Below the pieces are notes generated by a model, which saw nothing but the letters and a program-made list of their open reading frames with translations, was not told the origin of the DNA and did not search any database. The position numbers and the translations under genes were made by a program. From Ramazzottius varieornatus (Eukaryota; Animalia; Tardigrada): a stretch of DNA of 64,000 nucleotides. Positions within the stretch are counted from its first letter, which is position 1. Every line of letters starts with the position of its first letter. The DNA is taken from NCBI GenBank assembly GCA_001949185.1, contig BDGG01000001.1:2683324-2747323 (forward strand), read 5' to 3'. Below are positions 41,623-57,056 of this stretch, in pieces.

Positions 41623-43486
41623 CACTAGGAGCCCTCGGTCTCACGGTACGTCACTAGCACTGTTTTGCAGTCCTTAATGCTTTACTGTACTGTGTGACGT
41701 CATTAAGTTGGACCGATTTTACTCAACTGCAGCTGCCAAAATTAAAAGTTATGCTCAACCGTAAAGTTAGGACTTCTAGAATTCCCTGAGCTCTTCGTAT
41801 CAAAACTCACGAAGTGTCTTCATCGCTACCCTCTCCTCCTTCGTCATCGTATTCCACCAGTGAACGGAATTCAGATTCCCAGGGACAAAGTCAGCGAAAC
41901 TAAACTCATTATCCAAATGAGGCAAATGTTGATCAACAGTCTCGTACTAAGTCTTGCAATACCGAAAGCAATTAATCATAGTTTGGACACACACAGCTTC
42001 GTCAGCTTCAACTGACCACAAACAAGCACCCCCAACGGTGACTCCTTTGAAGTAGCCTTCATCAGTCTTGAAAGACTCCCTCTTGGCGTAGACGTCGTGA
42101 CACATTCTGCGCCGGAAATGGTCTTTAAACGACTTGATTATTCCTGCATCGAACGGCTGTGCTTTCGATGTGCAGTTCGGAGGTAAGAAAAATAGCCGAA
42201 TGTTGGAGGTTTCGTTAACCTTATAACCTGGAAAGTTGTCGACGATCAAAGCCAGTCTGCGTTCCTGGCTGATCAACTTCTTGTTGAGTTCTTCGAGGAA
42301 TTCTGAAAAGATCTTTCCTGTCATCCAGCTTGTAGAATTATGCCTGTAGTAGAAATTATGTTTGATGGTATCACAGCTGCTCACTCCAGCTTTGGTGAAG
42401 GCGGGAGGTTGTTCCGATTTTCCGACCAGCCATACCGGAAATCGTTCACCCAGCGCATTTCCTGTCAGAAGTACAGTCATTCGCTCTTTCTTCAGCTTGA
42501 CGCCTTTAGGTGTTCCTTCTCCTTCTCCAACCAGCGACTTGTTGGGAACTTGACGGCAGAAAAGACCCAGTTCATCTGCATTTCAGATATCTTTGAGGTC
42601 AAACTCCAAAAGTACGTTGGACAAATCGTCGTTGTACCACTTCCCCAAGGCCGAGACGTCCGCACTGGAACCTTCTCCTACGAACACAAGAAAACATTTT
42701 ACTGCTACACTGTTCAGGGAATTCCAGCAAGAGGAGGACAACCATACAGAATGAAACATACCATGAATATTTTTGGCACTGAACCGTGACGCTTGCAAAA
42801 TCTTCGCAGCCATCCTTTGCTCGCTCTGAATTCAGAAATCCCTTCCGATTCCGCGAAAAGCACTGCCATGTCTCTCAACCACCGCCCGGTAATACAGGTA
42901 CCTGTCTGACGCATCTCCTTGAGAATCCTGAGCATTGCTTCATCAACTTGAGGATAAACTGGCAGCTTAAGTTGATTGACGGAAGGCTTCTGATTCTTCA
43001 AGTGACAGTCTTATCTTCTCGTTCCTTCGATAATATCTGAAGGACGATTCATGAAGGTTAAACATGTCGCAAAGCTGTGCTTTCTTTACCTAAAGACGAA
43101 CGGTGATGGGGATCACAAAACGCTTTACGAGAAGCAAAGAGGACAGAAATATCAAGTACGATTTCACTTACTCCTGCATCCATCGCCATCAACAGATTCC
43201 TCTTCTGAGCGGAGTCCAGTTGGTGGGAAGCCTTCGCCACACTATCATTCGCATCATTCCGGTTCCTGTTCTTCAGCATTTTGACGGCACGGAAAGAGCA
43301 TTACAGTGAGAAAAGATCTGATGAATTCAGTATTTTAACAAGAAACAGTTTTCTCAAATTCCGCTGTTTTCCTGTTTTACGTGCCCAAAACGGACTAGCC
43401 GAAATCACGACGTCACAGTAGTCAGCTGTGTACGTTTGAACCGTAATAAGTCCTCTGACGTACCGTGAGACCAAGGGCCCCTACTG
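41623..43486 (-). mobile_element. pogo/Tigger-family DNA transposon
   Basis: 31-bp TIRs at 41623-41653 (CACTAGGAGCCCTCGGTCTCACGGTACGTCA) and 43456-43486; TA on the right flank, CA on the left; encloses a DDE_1 transposase. Confidence 0.9.
41947..43279 (-). pseudogene. Decayed pogo/Tigger transposase (CENP-B HTH + DDE_1)
   Basis: YPQVDEAM..FRASKGWLRRFCKRHG, HGE, DI*NADELGLF, KERMTVLL, WMT, LIVDNFPGY, LPPNCTSKAQPFDAGIIKSFK; in-frame stop and frameshifts. Confidence 0.88.
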
Positions 43487-43917
43487 TAGTTTGCCCCAAT
43501 TTAAGGGCTTTAGAATGCCTGAACAGCTTTCTACGATGACTCAAGCGGTTTATGATTTATTCTAGAGCTCCGCTGGAAGGCCAGCCTTCTGGGCGGAGCT
43601 CTCGCAGAATACTCTAACCATCGAGCGAAAGCCGTACAGTGGCGTACTCAGCTTCATCGGTTTCGACTTGTACAATTAATTCAAAAAGTGCAGCAATAGT
43701 GGAAGAGTTTGCTCCGTTGAACGTCAGTAAGATATGTAAAGACAGCAAACCGAGACAAGAGAAGAAGAAAATCATACACTGTTAACGTCACAGATGAGCC
43801 AGAAGTAAGATTAGTTTATTAAAAAACAACAAGGAGTGAGACACAACCACTCCTAAGGAAAGAAGCTCACTGAAAACTGTCCAAAAGCAGCGGACCGAAG
43901 TTCGACCTGCTAGTACA

Positions 43918-46540
43918 TCAAGACGACTTTTTCCCTTTATCATCGTTATTCGAGGTGGCGTTTACGGACGTGGCGCTGGTTGGCAAGGAGTTCGGCGATC
44001 GGTCCTTATCCTTCTTCCCGACGTCGTCAACTGCTAACTTGTCTAACCTGGTCCACAACTCTTCCCGGTCCTTGTCTCGCTTCTTGTCCCTACAAACCAA
44101 CACAACGTAACTACTTAGAATCGCTTTACTTTGCCGAGAAAATATGCTGACTTACTTTACTCTATCGTTCTTGTACTGGGCCGTAAGCTCGTCAAAAAGC
44201 TTGGAATTCATTTCCATAAATGCTTTCAGAACATTGTACACCAAACCGATGATGGTCGGGTTCCAATGTTCTTTGCTCATTTTGTAAAGAGCAGGATACA
44301 TTATAGGAAGAATGACGGCACAGTTATCCTCGATCAGGTTAAGAACGTATTCATTGTTCCAATAGTACAGCGCTCTTTCGGCAACCTAAAAACACACGCC
44401 AAAAGTCACCAACCCAAATAACGTGCAGCCCTTCTGGCACCTGCATACAGCCAACGCCTGCGTTCGTGCTAACACACCGGTGTGCAGGTGCGTGCAACGT
44501 GAATCGAGCTAGCTATTACCTGAAAATGAGGGCTCGCAACGCATCGGGCAAGCTGCTTGAACAGTAGTTCCTGGACCTTGACAAACTGCACCGGCTCAAT
44601 CACATCTAATATCTCCTCGATTTCTCCCAAAAACATGACTTCCTTTTGGGAGGAAGTTTTAGGCCAGTATTTGAGCATGCCTTTGATGACCGGTTCCGTC
44701 AGCGTAGCATCCTTCTCAATGAACTGCACAATGCAGTAGGCCAGCTGCAGAGTAACAGACAACACACGTCAATCATCAATCATTCCAAATGGTCGTAAGA
44801 ACAGTTATACAACATGAAACAGTTGTTGAGACAGATCAAAATTCTCACTTGAGCATGATATAGCCCGAGACAGCGCACTTTATGTAGAGGAATCAACACC
44901 TTGACCAGAAACTGCTTGTGTTCAGCTTTCAGGGGAAGCGCAAAGCCATTGATGATACTGCAAAGTAGAAGGCCAAATCAGATTTCATTTTCAATACAAA
45001 ATAATCAAACTGCGCGAACCATATTGAACCTGCATACACAAAATTACACCTTAAGCATGTTAAGGTGGTATGTAAATACGTGAAAAGCGGCGCACTTTGA
45101 CTGCATTCTCCCTCGCTGTATGAATCTGTAGCTGGTAAACGCTTTTGATTAGTCAAGCATTTAGTCACGAAAGTATTGTGATACATAGTGGAAGACGGCA
45201 GTAAATCATGAGCGTTGAAAGGGGCATTGAATAACTAATGCGTGACGTTATTAGTACCGATATGGGTTTTGGATGTTACGGACAAATCAATAAATAATTT
45301 TCTCACGACTCACATGGAGATGAGTAAGTTCAATGAATTACCTGCCCAAAATCTCCAGAAGCTCACCAACGCCGTTAAAATGTTCCGTTTCGTAGATAAA
45401 TTTGAGAAAAATATGGTTAATTTGCTTCCGTATGAAAGCACGCAGTCCCAGAAATTTGCCATATATCCGATGTAAGACGGTTTTGAGGTAATCACGCTCT
45501 CGTGGGTCTTCGCTGTCGAACAGTTCTAAAAGCTGTAGAGAAGGGAAAGACAGGAGACAAGATCATTACGAGTCAAGTACCAGTAATCTAGTGTGTGCAA
45601 AGAGAGCGTCCCCCACTCACCTGCGATACGAACTTGATATCGATCCACTTCTTGGCTATTTGCGGATTGAAATCCTGCGATTCCAGTACGCGCAGAAAAA
45701 ACTCATAGACGATCTGTACCACAACACCAAGAACGTTCACACAGTGACAGGATCGAATGATTATGGTGAAATGTAACCTGAAGATGTGGCCAAGCCGATT
45801 CGAGAGAAGGCTCGTCTTCCTCCGGGTCGTAGTCGGGAGTATCGGCAGGAGGCAAGACGCGAAACAGATTGTTGCCCACCATCCGAACAACTTCTGGATA
45901 TATGTGCTCGTTCAGGACATTCCGCGAAGTTGATATGAAGTCCGCTAGCTCAAGCAACGTTTCCCTGCAAAAACAATTTGATGTAACAGTCTTGATCACT
46001 TCGTCTACATGACACAGCTACGACTTCACCTCTTCATTTCCTTGTTCTTGACATCTGCTGTGGCGTCCATAAAGTCGAACAAACACGAGCATAGATACAG
46101 CTTCTTGACCAGCAACTCTTCTTGTTCCCCAGGGGCAGTGTCTAAAGAGCATTGGCATGCATAAGTTCAGGCACTCAGGAGACGATACAGTTGGATACGG
46201 ATATTAAATGGCTTTATGACTTTGGAATTGTGAAGCTACCTTTGAGTAACGCCAAGTGCTCCATCTCGGTATGAGCTTTGTTGGCGACACTGAGGGCCGA
46301 ATTGGAGGATTGTCTTTGACGACGCTTGTTTGCCGAGCGCTTGACAAAGGCATCCATCTTGTCCCGTTGGTCGGCTGCATTGGCCGTGGCAGCGGCCGTA
46401 GCCGAGATTGGTCGATCAATCAAGGGACCAGGTCCCTGCTTCTCCAGCAACTCCTTCTCCAAGTTACTAGGCCCACTGGACGGAGGAGCGCCCGCCGTCG
46501 ACTTGGCCGCCGGAGGAGTCTTGGGCACTTCCTTACTCAT
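43918..46540 (-). CDS. PPP2R5: Protein phosphatase 2A regulatory subunit B' (B56/PR61, widerborst-like)
   Basis: [106 protein letters not shown]. Confidence 0.95.
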
Positions 46541-48638
46541 GGTTGCTTGGCGTATAAAACCCACGACTATGTCAAACGTGATGCAGGATGAAAGACGACG
46601 GAGAAGAGCAAGTCAGGCGGGGGTAGGCAAGGCATCCAACACCATGTAGCTGTGTCCTCGGTCTAGACGGTCGATCTCTTCCTGAAGTAACGTCTCGTTT
46701 CCATCCAGAGGTACTTGGTCATCCTGTCGAGATAACTGTCACTTGTCCACTATGATGTCCGCGTCCTTAAGGATTGGCAAGAGATGAAACATCGGATTTG
46801 CTGGACTGCAGACGGAGAAAATCACAGTAAGCGACGATGGATGCTTTCCTTCAGTAAACCCGTGCGGAAACGAGAGCTAGTCGTTAAAGTGGAGACACAG
46901 TCTGACGTGCGAAAATGACAGTCGGTAGCATCGATAGCAAGCGCAGCATGTGCACGAGCTGCGGATCAGTTGCAGTCTTGCAGCCAGCTTCCATTGCGGT
47001 CAGCTGATGGTTGGTCACGCGGGCCAAATTACAGCAAACGCTTGCAGAATCGCAAACCCACGATTCAGCCAAACAAACAAAAAAAGTCAATCAGAGCGAA
47101 CAGAATCATTTTAGAAGTGGGCAGATTCAAGGTTGAACTGTGTTCCCGGCATTATGAATTCTGCGATAACAGCAGTGCGATGCTACAGCTCTTACGTGAA
47201 ACTCTTCGACACGAATACGGATGTATGCGGACAACGGACTGCAGGACCTTGTACAGTGAGCAACGTAACCGGTGAACTACGTCGGGCTGGGTTTACAGCA
47301 TCGTGACTTTCATGGAATCTGTGGAAACTTTGCAGGCGGACGATAATTCGTTAGAAACATTCCCAGCCGATACCCCGAAATCCGGATGACCACCAGCTAT
47401 AAGTCTATTTCACCACCGCATCCTTCACCTTGGTAGAATGCAGTGACCGTCGGATTTCCTCTTGGCGGAACCGGGAAGAGGAAGCCGGGAAGTTCGCTAT
47501 CACAGCCCTGTACGGTATGTGCAGTATACAGTATAACTCATAACGGACAATGGTCAGACTTCGAAGCATGCTGTCTGCTATTAGTACATCTCTCTGTGAT
47601 ATTTAGCAAGTTCTAGGAGGTAGGAAATAGACTATCAAACGCTTTTGTCTCCTTCGTCTCACTGTTTACACAGTTGAGTGCCGCGACCTGCAGCAAATAG
47701 GATTAAGCTTGGAGAACTCGCTTGCTCCGTTTCTGCTCCTACTGTCTGTGTTCCGGCCAGATCGCTCTAAACTGTGAACATGACGCTTGATGACTCATCT
47801 TAGAACGTGTTTTCCTGATTTTCAGGTACGAGTATCTTGGGAATGTCAAGGCAGCCGTCACGCTTCGGGTACCCCATTGTTCCGATTCGGAATCCAATTG
47901 GATGCATCTTTCCGAGAGCAGTACCCGTTCACGGGTTACCCCTTCAGGAAGCTAATGACAAGTACGGGCCACCTGGAGCGAAGGAAGTTGCAACCAGGAA
48001 GTGAAGAAGCAACATGGCAGATAAGCTCTCTCTAAGGTGCAGTGCAGGAAGAAAGAAGGGATTAAGGACCTTGTCAACGAGAGAAGGTTAGTCCCACGCC
48101 TTCATAGGCACTCTTTTGGTGCATAAAACAGTCAGTGTATAGTAGTGCAATCACATTTTCTTCTTGGTTGAAGGGCGAACTTGTACGCAACGTGGAACCA
48201 TGCATCATCGATCTTCCCTCGTGGTGTTACGTGATGTTGCATACAGAACAACGATGGTGGACGATCGAAGCGTTCTCTCTGCTTCACGGAGAGCCTTCGA
48301 TCGACCGCCAACGATGAATGGATAGCTCTTCATGCCTTCGTAGTACCCCGTCTCTGCTACAGAGAGCCCAAGAGACAGCATACCTCCCTTCTGAACGTGA
48401 CAAATGAGGAAAACACTCTGTCCAATGTCAGTGCCTCTTAGCAGCCTGTGCTATTTCTAGTGACTCTCTTCCCGTTTTACATACATGCCACATTTACATT
48501 CATCCACATCCATTTGCGAATTTTAACATCGCATTCCTTCTCTGTCTCTCCCTAGGCTGCGCGTCGACCCTGTGTATATGGCAAGACTATTTTTGGCCAA
48601 ATCCAGATTCTCGATCTTTAAACTTGGAAGTCCCCCGA

Positions 48639-48648
48639 CTAAAAATAG
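48639..48648. promoter_or_regulatory. Consensus MEF2 binding site CTAAAAATAG
   Basis: Exact CTA(A/T)4TAG match ~5 kb upstream of the Mef2 ATG; variant CTATTTTTGG at 48587-48596. Function unproven. Confidence 0.4.
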
Positions 48649-51600
48649 CCACTGCGCCTGACATTGACCTCCTTTCCATCCATCGCCCTTCGTCTCTACC
48701 CTTCTACATCTGGTAAGTGTTCAGAGTTATCTGATCCAACCACTTTCCCCAAAATAAAGTTCATATACAATGTGCGCGGAAATTTTTGGGCTCCTCTTCA
48801 ACCCTCGTGGCTCCCCAGTCACTGAGCTCAAACTTGTCCCATTCTTCTTCGTACACTGTCAAGATTTTCTCGACGCAACTTATGTCACTTTGAGCGTCAT
48901 CGTTTCGACAATCCTTTCCGTTTAGTTTGGTTCCGTGGATATTCTGCACAGACCACGCAGGCCATTCTGGTTCCACAATGTAACTTCAACAGTTGATTTC
49001 GAAACCTTGATTTGTTGCTTCGAAATTGTAGGTACTTTGGTATTGGGCTGATGGTATTGGGCTGATGGTTTGTTTTTTTAGGGCTGTGTGTTTTATATTG
49101 TACCAGGGGAAAATATCGTCGTGTGTTTTTTGGCTCTTTGTGCTTCGAACTCGCGAGGTTATGTATGGGTAATGGCTTCGCAAGCGAGCGTGTCTTCTGT
49201 GACGAGGTTGTGATAGTCTGAGGAAGCACGAAAGGATGATGTTGCTTGTTATCGCAAGAGCAGTTGTTTCCGCGTATGTCATCGAGAAAGCTAAGTGCTG
49301 GCTTCAAACGGATGCCCGGAAATCGAGCGTTGTTTTACAAATCAACAGTATGAAAGGTGCTGATTAGTTTTCGGTATGCCTTGTAACCTTTATCACCTGG
49401 TCTGCTGGTTAGTTCTAAAGGACCCTTTCAGCAAGGATGACGACCATCTGGAGATTCTCTTCTGCGTTGGCGGATTCACTAGAATAGATAGATTAGCTAT
49501 TTGCGTCAGTTCAACAAGACACCGGTATTCCCCTCTCAGGTAGAATGAGGAAGCCATCTGATGATGAATCCATATGCACTCTGGCGATTCGTGGAGAGAA
49601 GACAGAATCTTGGAATAATACGTTTATCAAAATTTCAACATGTATTTGTAAGAGGAGAATACCTTTGTGCGTTGCCCGCTCAAAGGGATACATTTACTGG
49701 TGTTGTGGAGTTTGTCACATTTCATTCGAAGTTGCAACACGTAGTTTGATTATTTGACTGCAAATCGTTCCGCTGCGCTGACTTGCGATCTCTTCGTGCC
49801 CACTGTGACGCTAGAATTTCAATGAGGACCCGTTTGTTGAATGTACTAGAATTATGGCATTGTGGCCCGATTTCCTACTGCTTCCGGTAGGCGGTTTCCT
49901 ATGTTGGCCGAGCAGCGGCTGTAGAACTTCAGGATCAGCAAGGTGACCGGAAGGGAATATTGATTACTGATTTCTCTTCGAAGTCCCGTCTCCGTTATGT
50001 TTGATTCTCTCTTATTTTTTATGTCAAACGTTTGGGGGAGATTTCACTCCGAAATTTAGTCTGAGGTCGTTCACATTTTTAGGAAGATGAGAACGGGAAG
50101 TCGCGATTGAAAACCAAAGTCCATACAGTGCGAGGGCGCCACCTTTGCTGTCCTTGATAGTCTTGATCGCGGCGCGGTAGATGGCGTTGCAGCAGGAGGC
50201 TCGAGTAGCCTTTCGAGTGATTCGCCCAAGCTCTCTGAGGTTTTCGGTTTACCCTTGTTCTGGTCAAAACTTACATATGACTTTTAGGGTACTTGACGGT
50301 AATAATCATGTTCCCGACGGATTTACAGTCATCGGCGGACAGTGCTCATGCTCACGAGATGTCCTGTAGGCCTAACCAGCAGAATGTCGAGGAAGGTCAT
50401 GAAGATTAACTACGAAAACAGTTGGGGAACATCTTTCAACCAGATCCAAATGCTACAGAGCTTCGCCGTAGAAAATTTTCTCCTCAACAGTCAAATTCGA
50501 TCCTAAAAGTAAACAAGCAACAAACAGATATGCATTGAGAATGAACTGAGAAGAGCAGTGTTCGAAGAACTTGCATCCCGAAATACGCCACTATTCCTGG
50601 ATATTCTAAACTTGTCATGCGAACTGTATCTTTGAATTCCGTCTGCTTTCTAGGTTTCTTGCCCACTTATACATATGGTAGGTATTTTTGCTGCACGGTA
50701 ACGAAATTAGCACTTTAGCTTGAATCAACTCCCCATCCTCAGCCACCATTAATAGCTCACGCTTCCGGACCTTCCAAAATTTTCTTAAAATATCCCGGGA
50801 GATTGATCGTAGCTAGGTTTTCCGATCAGTGTTATATGCTTTAGCTAGTTTTGAAACTCGAGCGGTTTCTATTTCTGCAGTGTGTACGTAGGTGCTTGAT
50901 CGTATTAGAATACCTGTCGAACTGGGGAGTTACTTCGGTAACACGATTTCGGGTTATCCAGCTTCCTTTACTGGACTGCTTTGGCTGACTCCTTCTTGCG
51001 TCACACTGTAGCTGCGGGCGTGATGTCTTTCTAGCGAAGGATCTCAAGCGCATATCAGAGCACAGCACTCTTGTCGATCGGTTATAATTAATGTCTTGTG
51101 ACTTGAGTGAATTGCTTCAGCTCCTGATGAGTGCGATGCGAGCTTTTGCGAGAGGAATTTTTAATTATGGGCAAATGCGTCACAACTGCGGAGCCGAGTG
51201 CAATGGATTATGTCTGGGCGGACTGAGTGCGCTCTTCATGTTTCCTCCTCCGCTTTATGGAACTGGATGTGTTTTTCATTTTGTCAGAACTTGCTCTGAC
51301 CAGACAGACAGTCTTGTGATCTTACGCGGAAGATGTGACCGATGGTATCTTGTCGCTTCTAACTTCATCCGTCCGCTGCGGAGGAATGTCAGATGGTGCA
51401 GCCAGAGACTGACAGCAAGGCCAGGTCATGCTTGTGAACAGTACGAGAGTGATCTTCAAGATGAGGCGGATGGTGAGAGAGATGGAGAGCAGAGCAATGA
51501 AGATCAACAATCTCACACTGGTACTGCAGGCAAGCGCAACTGGTGTGTCGTAGTGCATGGCACTTATATCAAATGTCAGTGATAGACAAGCTGTGCTACA

Positions 51601-53663
51601 CATGTCCAAATTTGGAACTTCATGGCCTGTTTGCCCACTCTCCTTCCTTGCTCATCGCTGCTTCGACATCCTGCCGATGATGTTGACGATTTTCGACTGC
51701 GCGGGTTAGCACGTAAGAGAAAATGTCACTGGAAGCTTCCGTTTCTCCATCACCTCGCCTGATCATGAGACAAACGCCATATTACACTGTCGGCCTTTAC
51801 CGAGCGGTTCCGAAGACTGCCGATCCATAAATTTCATTCGTGAATATTCATACAAGATTTGCTTATCGCAGATTATTAACTATGGCCACTTGAAGTCAAT
51901 TCCGCGGAAACCGTAATGGACCTAATGGTCTGCTACCGGTATCATTACCATAGTGCTGGTACGGTCCGTTCCCACCGGTCGCGCCTATGAACGGAGCCGA
52001 AGTTACTGCCCACCCATCCATGAAAAATTAAGCAAAATTAGGTGAACGACGAAGTCTGTTATTTGCTGAAGTTTCTTGAAATGCTGGCAAGTTAGGATGG
52101 AAGATATGCAGAGAAAGTTTGTGTATGTGGAAAGTTCCCTTGGGAATATTCGAGCAGTGATTTGTCAAGTGATATAAGTGCGTCATTGGCTTGACGAACC
52201 TGTCATATTCGCTCCGGCCAAGAAACGTGCGGTAGCCGCATGTCGTTTCGACAAGTGCCGGTTAATTGTTTAAACACTGGCTTTGACTAGTTCTGGTGAG
52301 TTTGAAAGTACGTTGCAATCAGAATTGTCACCTGCTATAAGGTATCGTCAACTTTGGCCATCCTTGGTCGTTGCTCAATAACATTGATTAAAATGATTTC
52401 AAAATTGATACTCTGCCGTCAGGAAGCGCAGCGGTGAAGGCTCCCGCTTCTGCAATGCGTCATTCTAAAACTAGATTATGTGAAACACGCTATGATTTCC
52501 TGTCGGAGTAGGCCCGTAGGTGTCCAGGAAGTCAGTGGAGGAAAATGCCAAAATAGGAATAATAAGATACTGTCCTAAGTCTAGGTGCGAACTGAAGGTT
52601 CTTCACATTAACCGTCTGTATACTTTGGTCCCCCAAATTTAGCAAAGTATCGGTTATTTCTGAAGATGTTGGGAATAGCCTGAAGACACCAGGACGGGAA
52701 TAGCGCTCTTCGAGGATTTCTAGCTGGCCAGACGAAATACTTAAATATAAACCAAAGCGAGCGCGAAGAGCTGTTACACGCGGAAGCTGCGGCTGCTGCA
52801 GGAAGGTTCATTTATATCCTCCCGTGCAATTTGCAGGCTACAGCACAAACTTCTCCAAGCAAGCCATCTTGTCTACAGCTCGAAATAAGTCTGCGGATAT
52901 TTCTGCATCATCAGTTGTGGTAATTTTGCACTGGTGGGAACAGGAGGATATTTTCGTCATTAACAGCTGGCCTTAATTAACGCTTCCTTTTCAGCCAAGC
53001 GAGCACTGACCTATCGGTAATCTGATACTCCTTGGTCTTCTTCGGATAGTGCGAAGAAATTCTCCCCAGTTATACGCGTATCTCACAACGAGGAAAGACT
53101 TTGAGAATATTTTCCTCTGTGTTTGATTTTCTGTTAATATTTTTCACAAAATTTTGAATGATACAAAGTTTTGAGGTAGAGCCTTATCTTGCGCATATAT
53201 TTCTGCGGTCTTTTGCCGAGGACGACAAGACGGTTATTGGGTGTAGGAGTTATGAGACCGCCTTCCCATTCTATGTCTTTTACGAAAGTCCGTAGATCAT
53301 CGATTCATCATCTTACGCATGACTTTACAGCGGCTTCTGTGTGTGGTAGCTCATTCATACGCGGATCACCCTTTCGCTGAAGGATTAAAAGTTTGAGTTT
53401 TGCATGTGACTGGAGCCTACAAGTTTTCATTTCGGGAGTAGACAGTTTTTGGTATGTCAAGGACTTCCGGAAGCTCCTTTCGAATTTGAGCGCTAGCTCT
53501 GAATTTTTATTCCCTGGTAGCTCTGTCTCTTGAGGTTTTCCTCAATGATAACGCATGTCCTTTTGTTTGCAGGTTACTTCTGTTTACCTCCTGAAGAATT
53601 CCGAGTACGATTTTGCGGAAGAAACGATTGTCTGTTCTATCTGGAAACCAATATACACCGAAG

Positions 53664-56568
<2,905 letters not shown>

Positions 56569-57056
56569 CAGCGCTGAGACTGCCGCCATCTACCGCCGAA
56601 CCTTCGCATACCTGAGTTTAATACTGGTCCTGCCGTTTCAACAGATCCATCTGTTGCTCCGGAAGTCCTCCGCCCTCCAAGTCCCAAGATACCGAGTTCT
56701 GGTTTTGGATTAACGCTTCTTTTGTATCATAATTTTTTCTTTTCTACATTTCGGTTACATGCGTGACTTCTTTGCAGCATATAGTTAGTGTACCGGTGGT
56801 TCTTTTCATGCTCGTGTCAAGATATGGTTCATTTTCTACTACGCGTTTTCCAACGATGGTGCCCCTTCGGTTCGACTTTACACTATCGCCAAAACCTTCT
56901 CACATAGAAGATATTCAGTCCGTAAGTATGGCTGTTTGTATCATCAAACGCTTTCGCCGGAAGTGAGAAAGATTCCAGTGCGATCATGAGGTCTATGCTA
57001 TCAGCGAGTGAACATAGCGAACTCAGAAAATACCGGTTGCCGACTTGTTACTGATT

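Larger units (their letters stand above)
40914..43513. mobile_element. Fold-back MITE with ~290-bp inverted arms, interrupted by a pogo insertion
   Basis: Left arm 40914-~41205 (CTAAAGCCCTTAAATTGGGGTAAAC...). Right arm is split into ~41372-41622 and 43487-43513 (TAGTTTGCCCCAATTTAAGGGCTTTAG). N gap 41213-41289. Confidence 0.8.

Noticed and set aside
45046-45068. 8-bp hairpin CACCTTAA-GCATG-TTAAGGTG in the B56 intron
   Set aside because: Short enough to arise by chance, and the GCATG is on the non-transcribed orientation.
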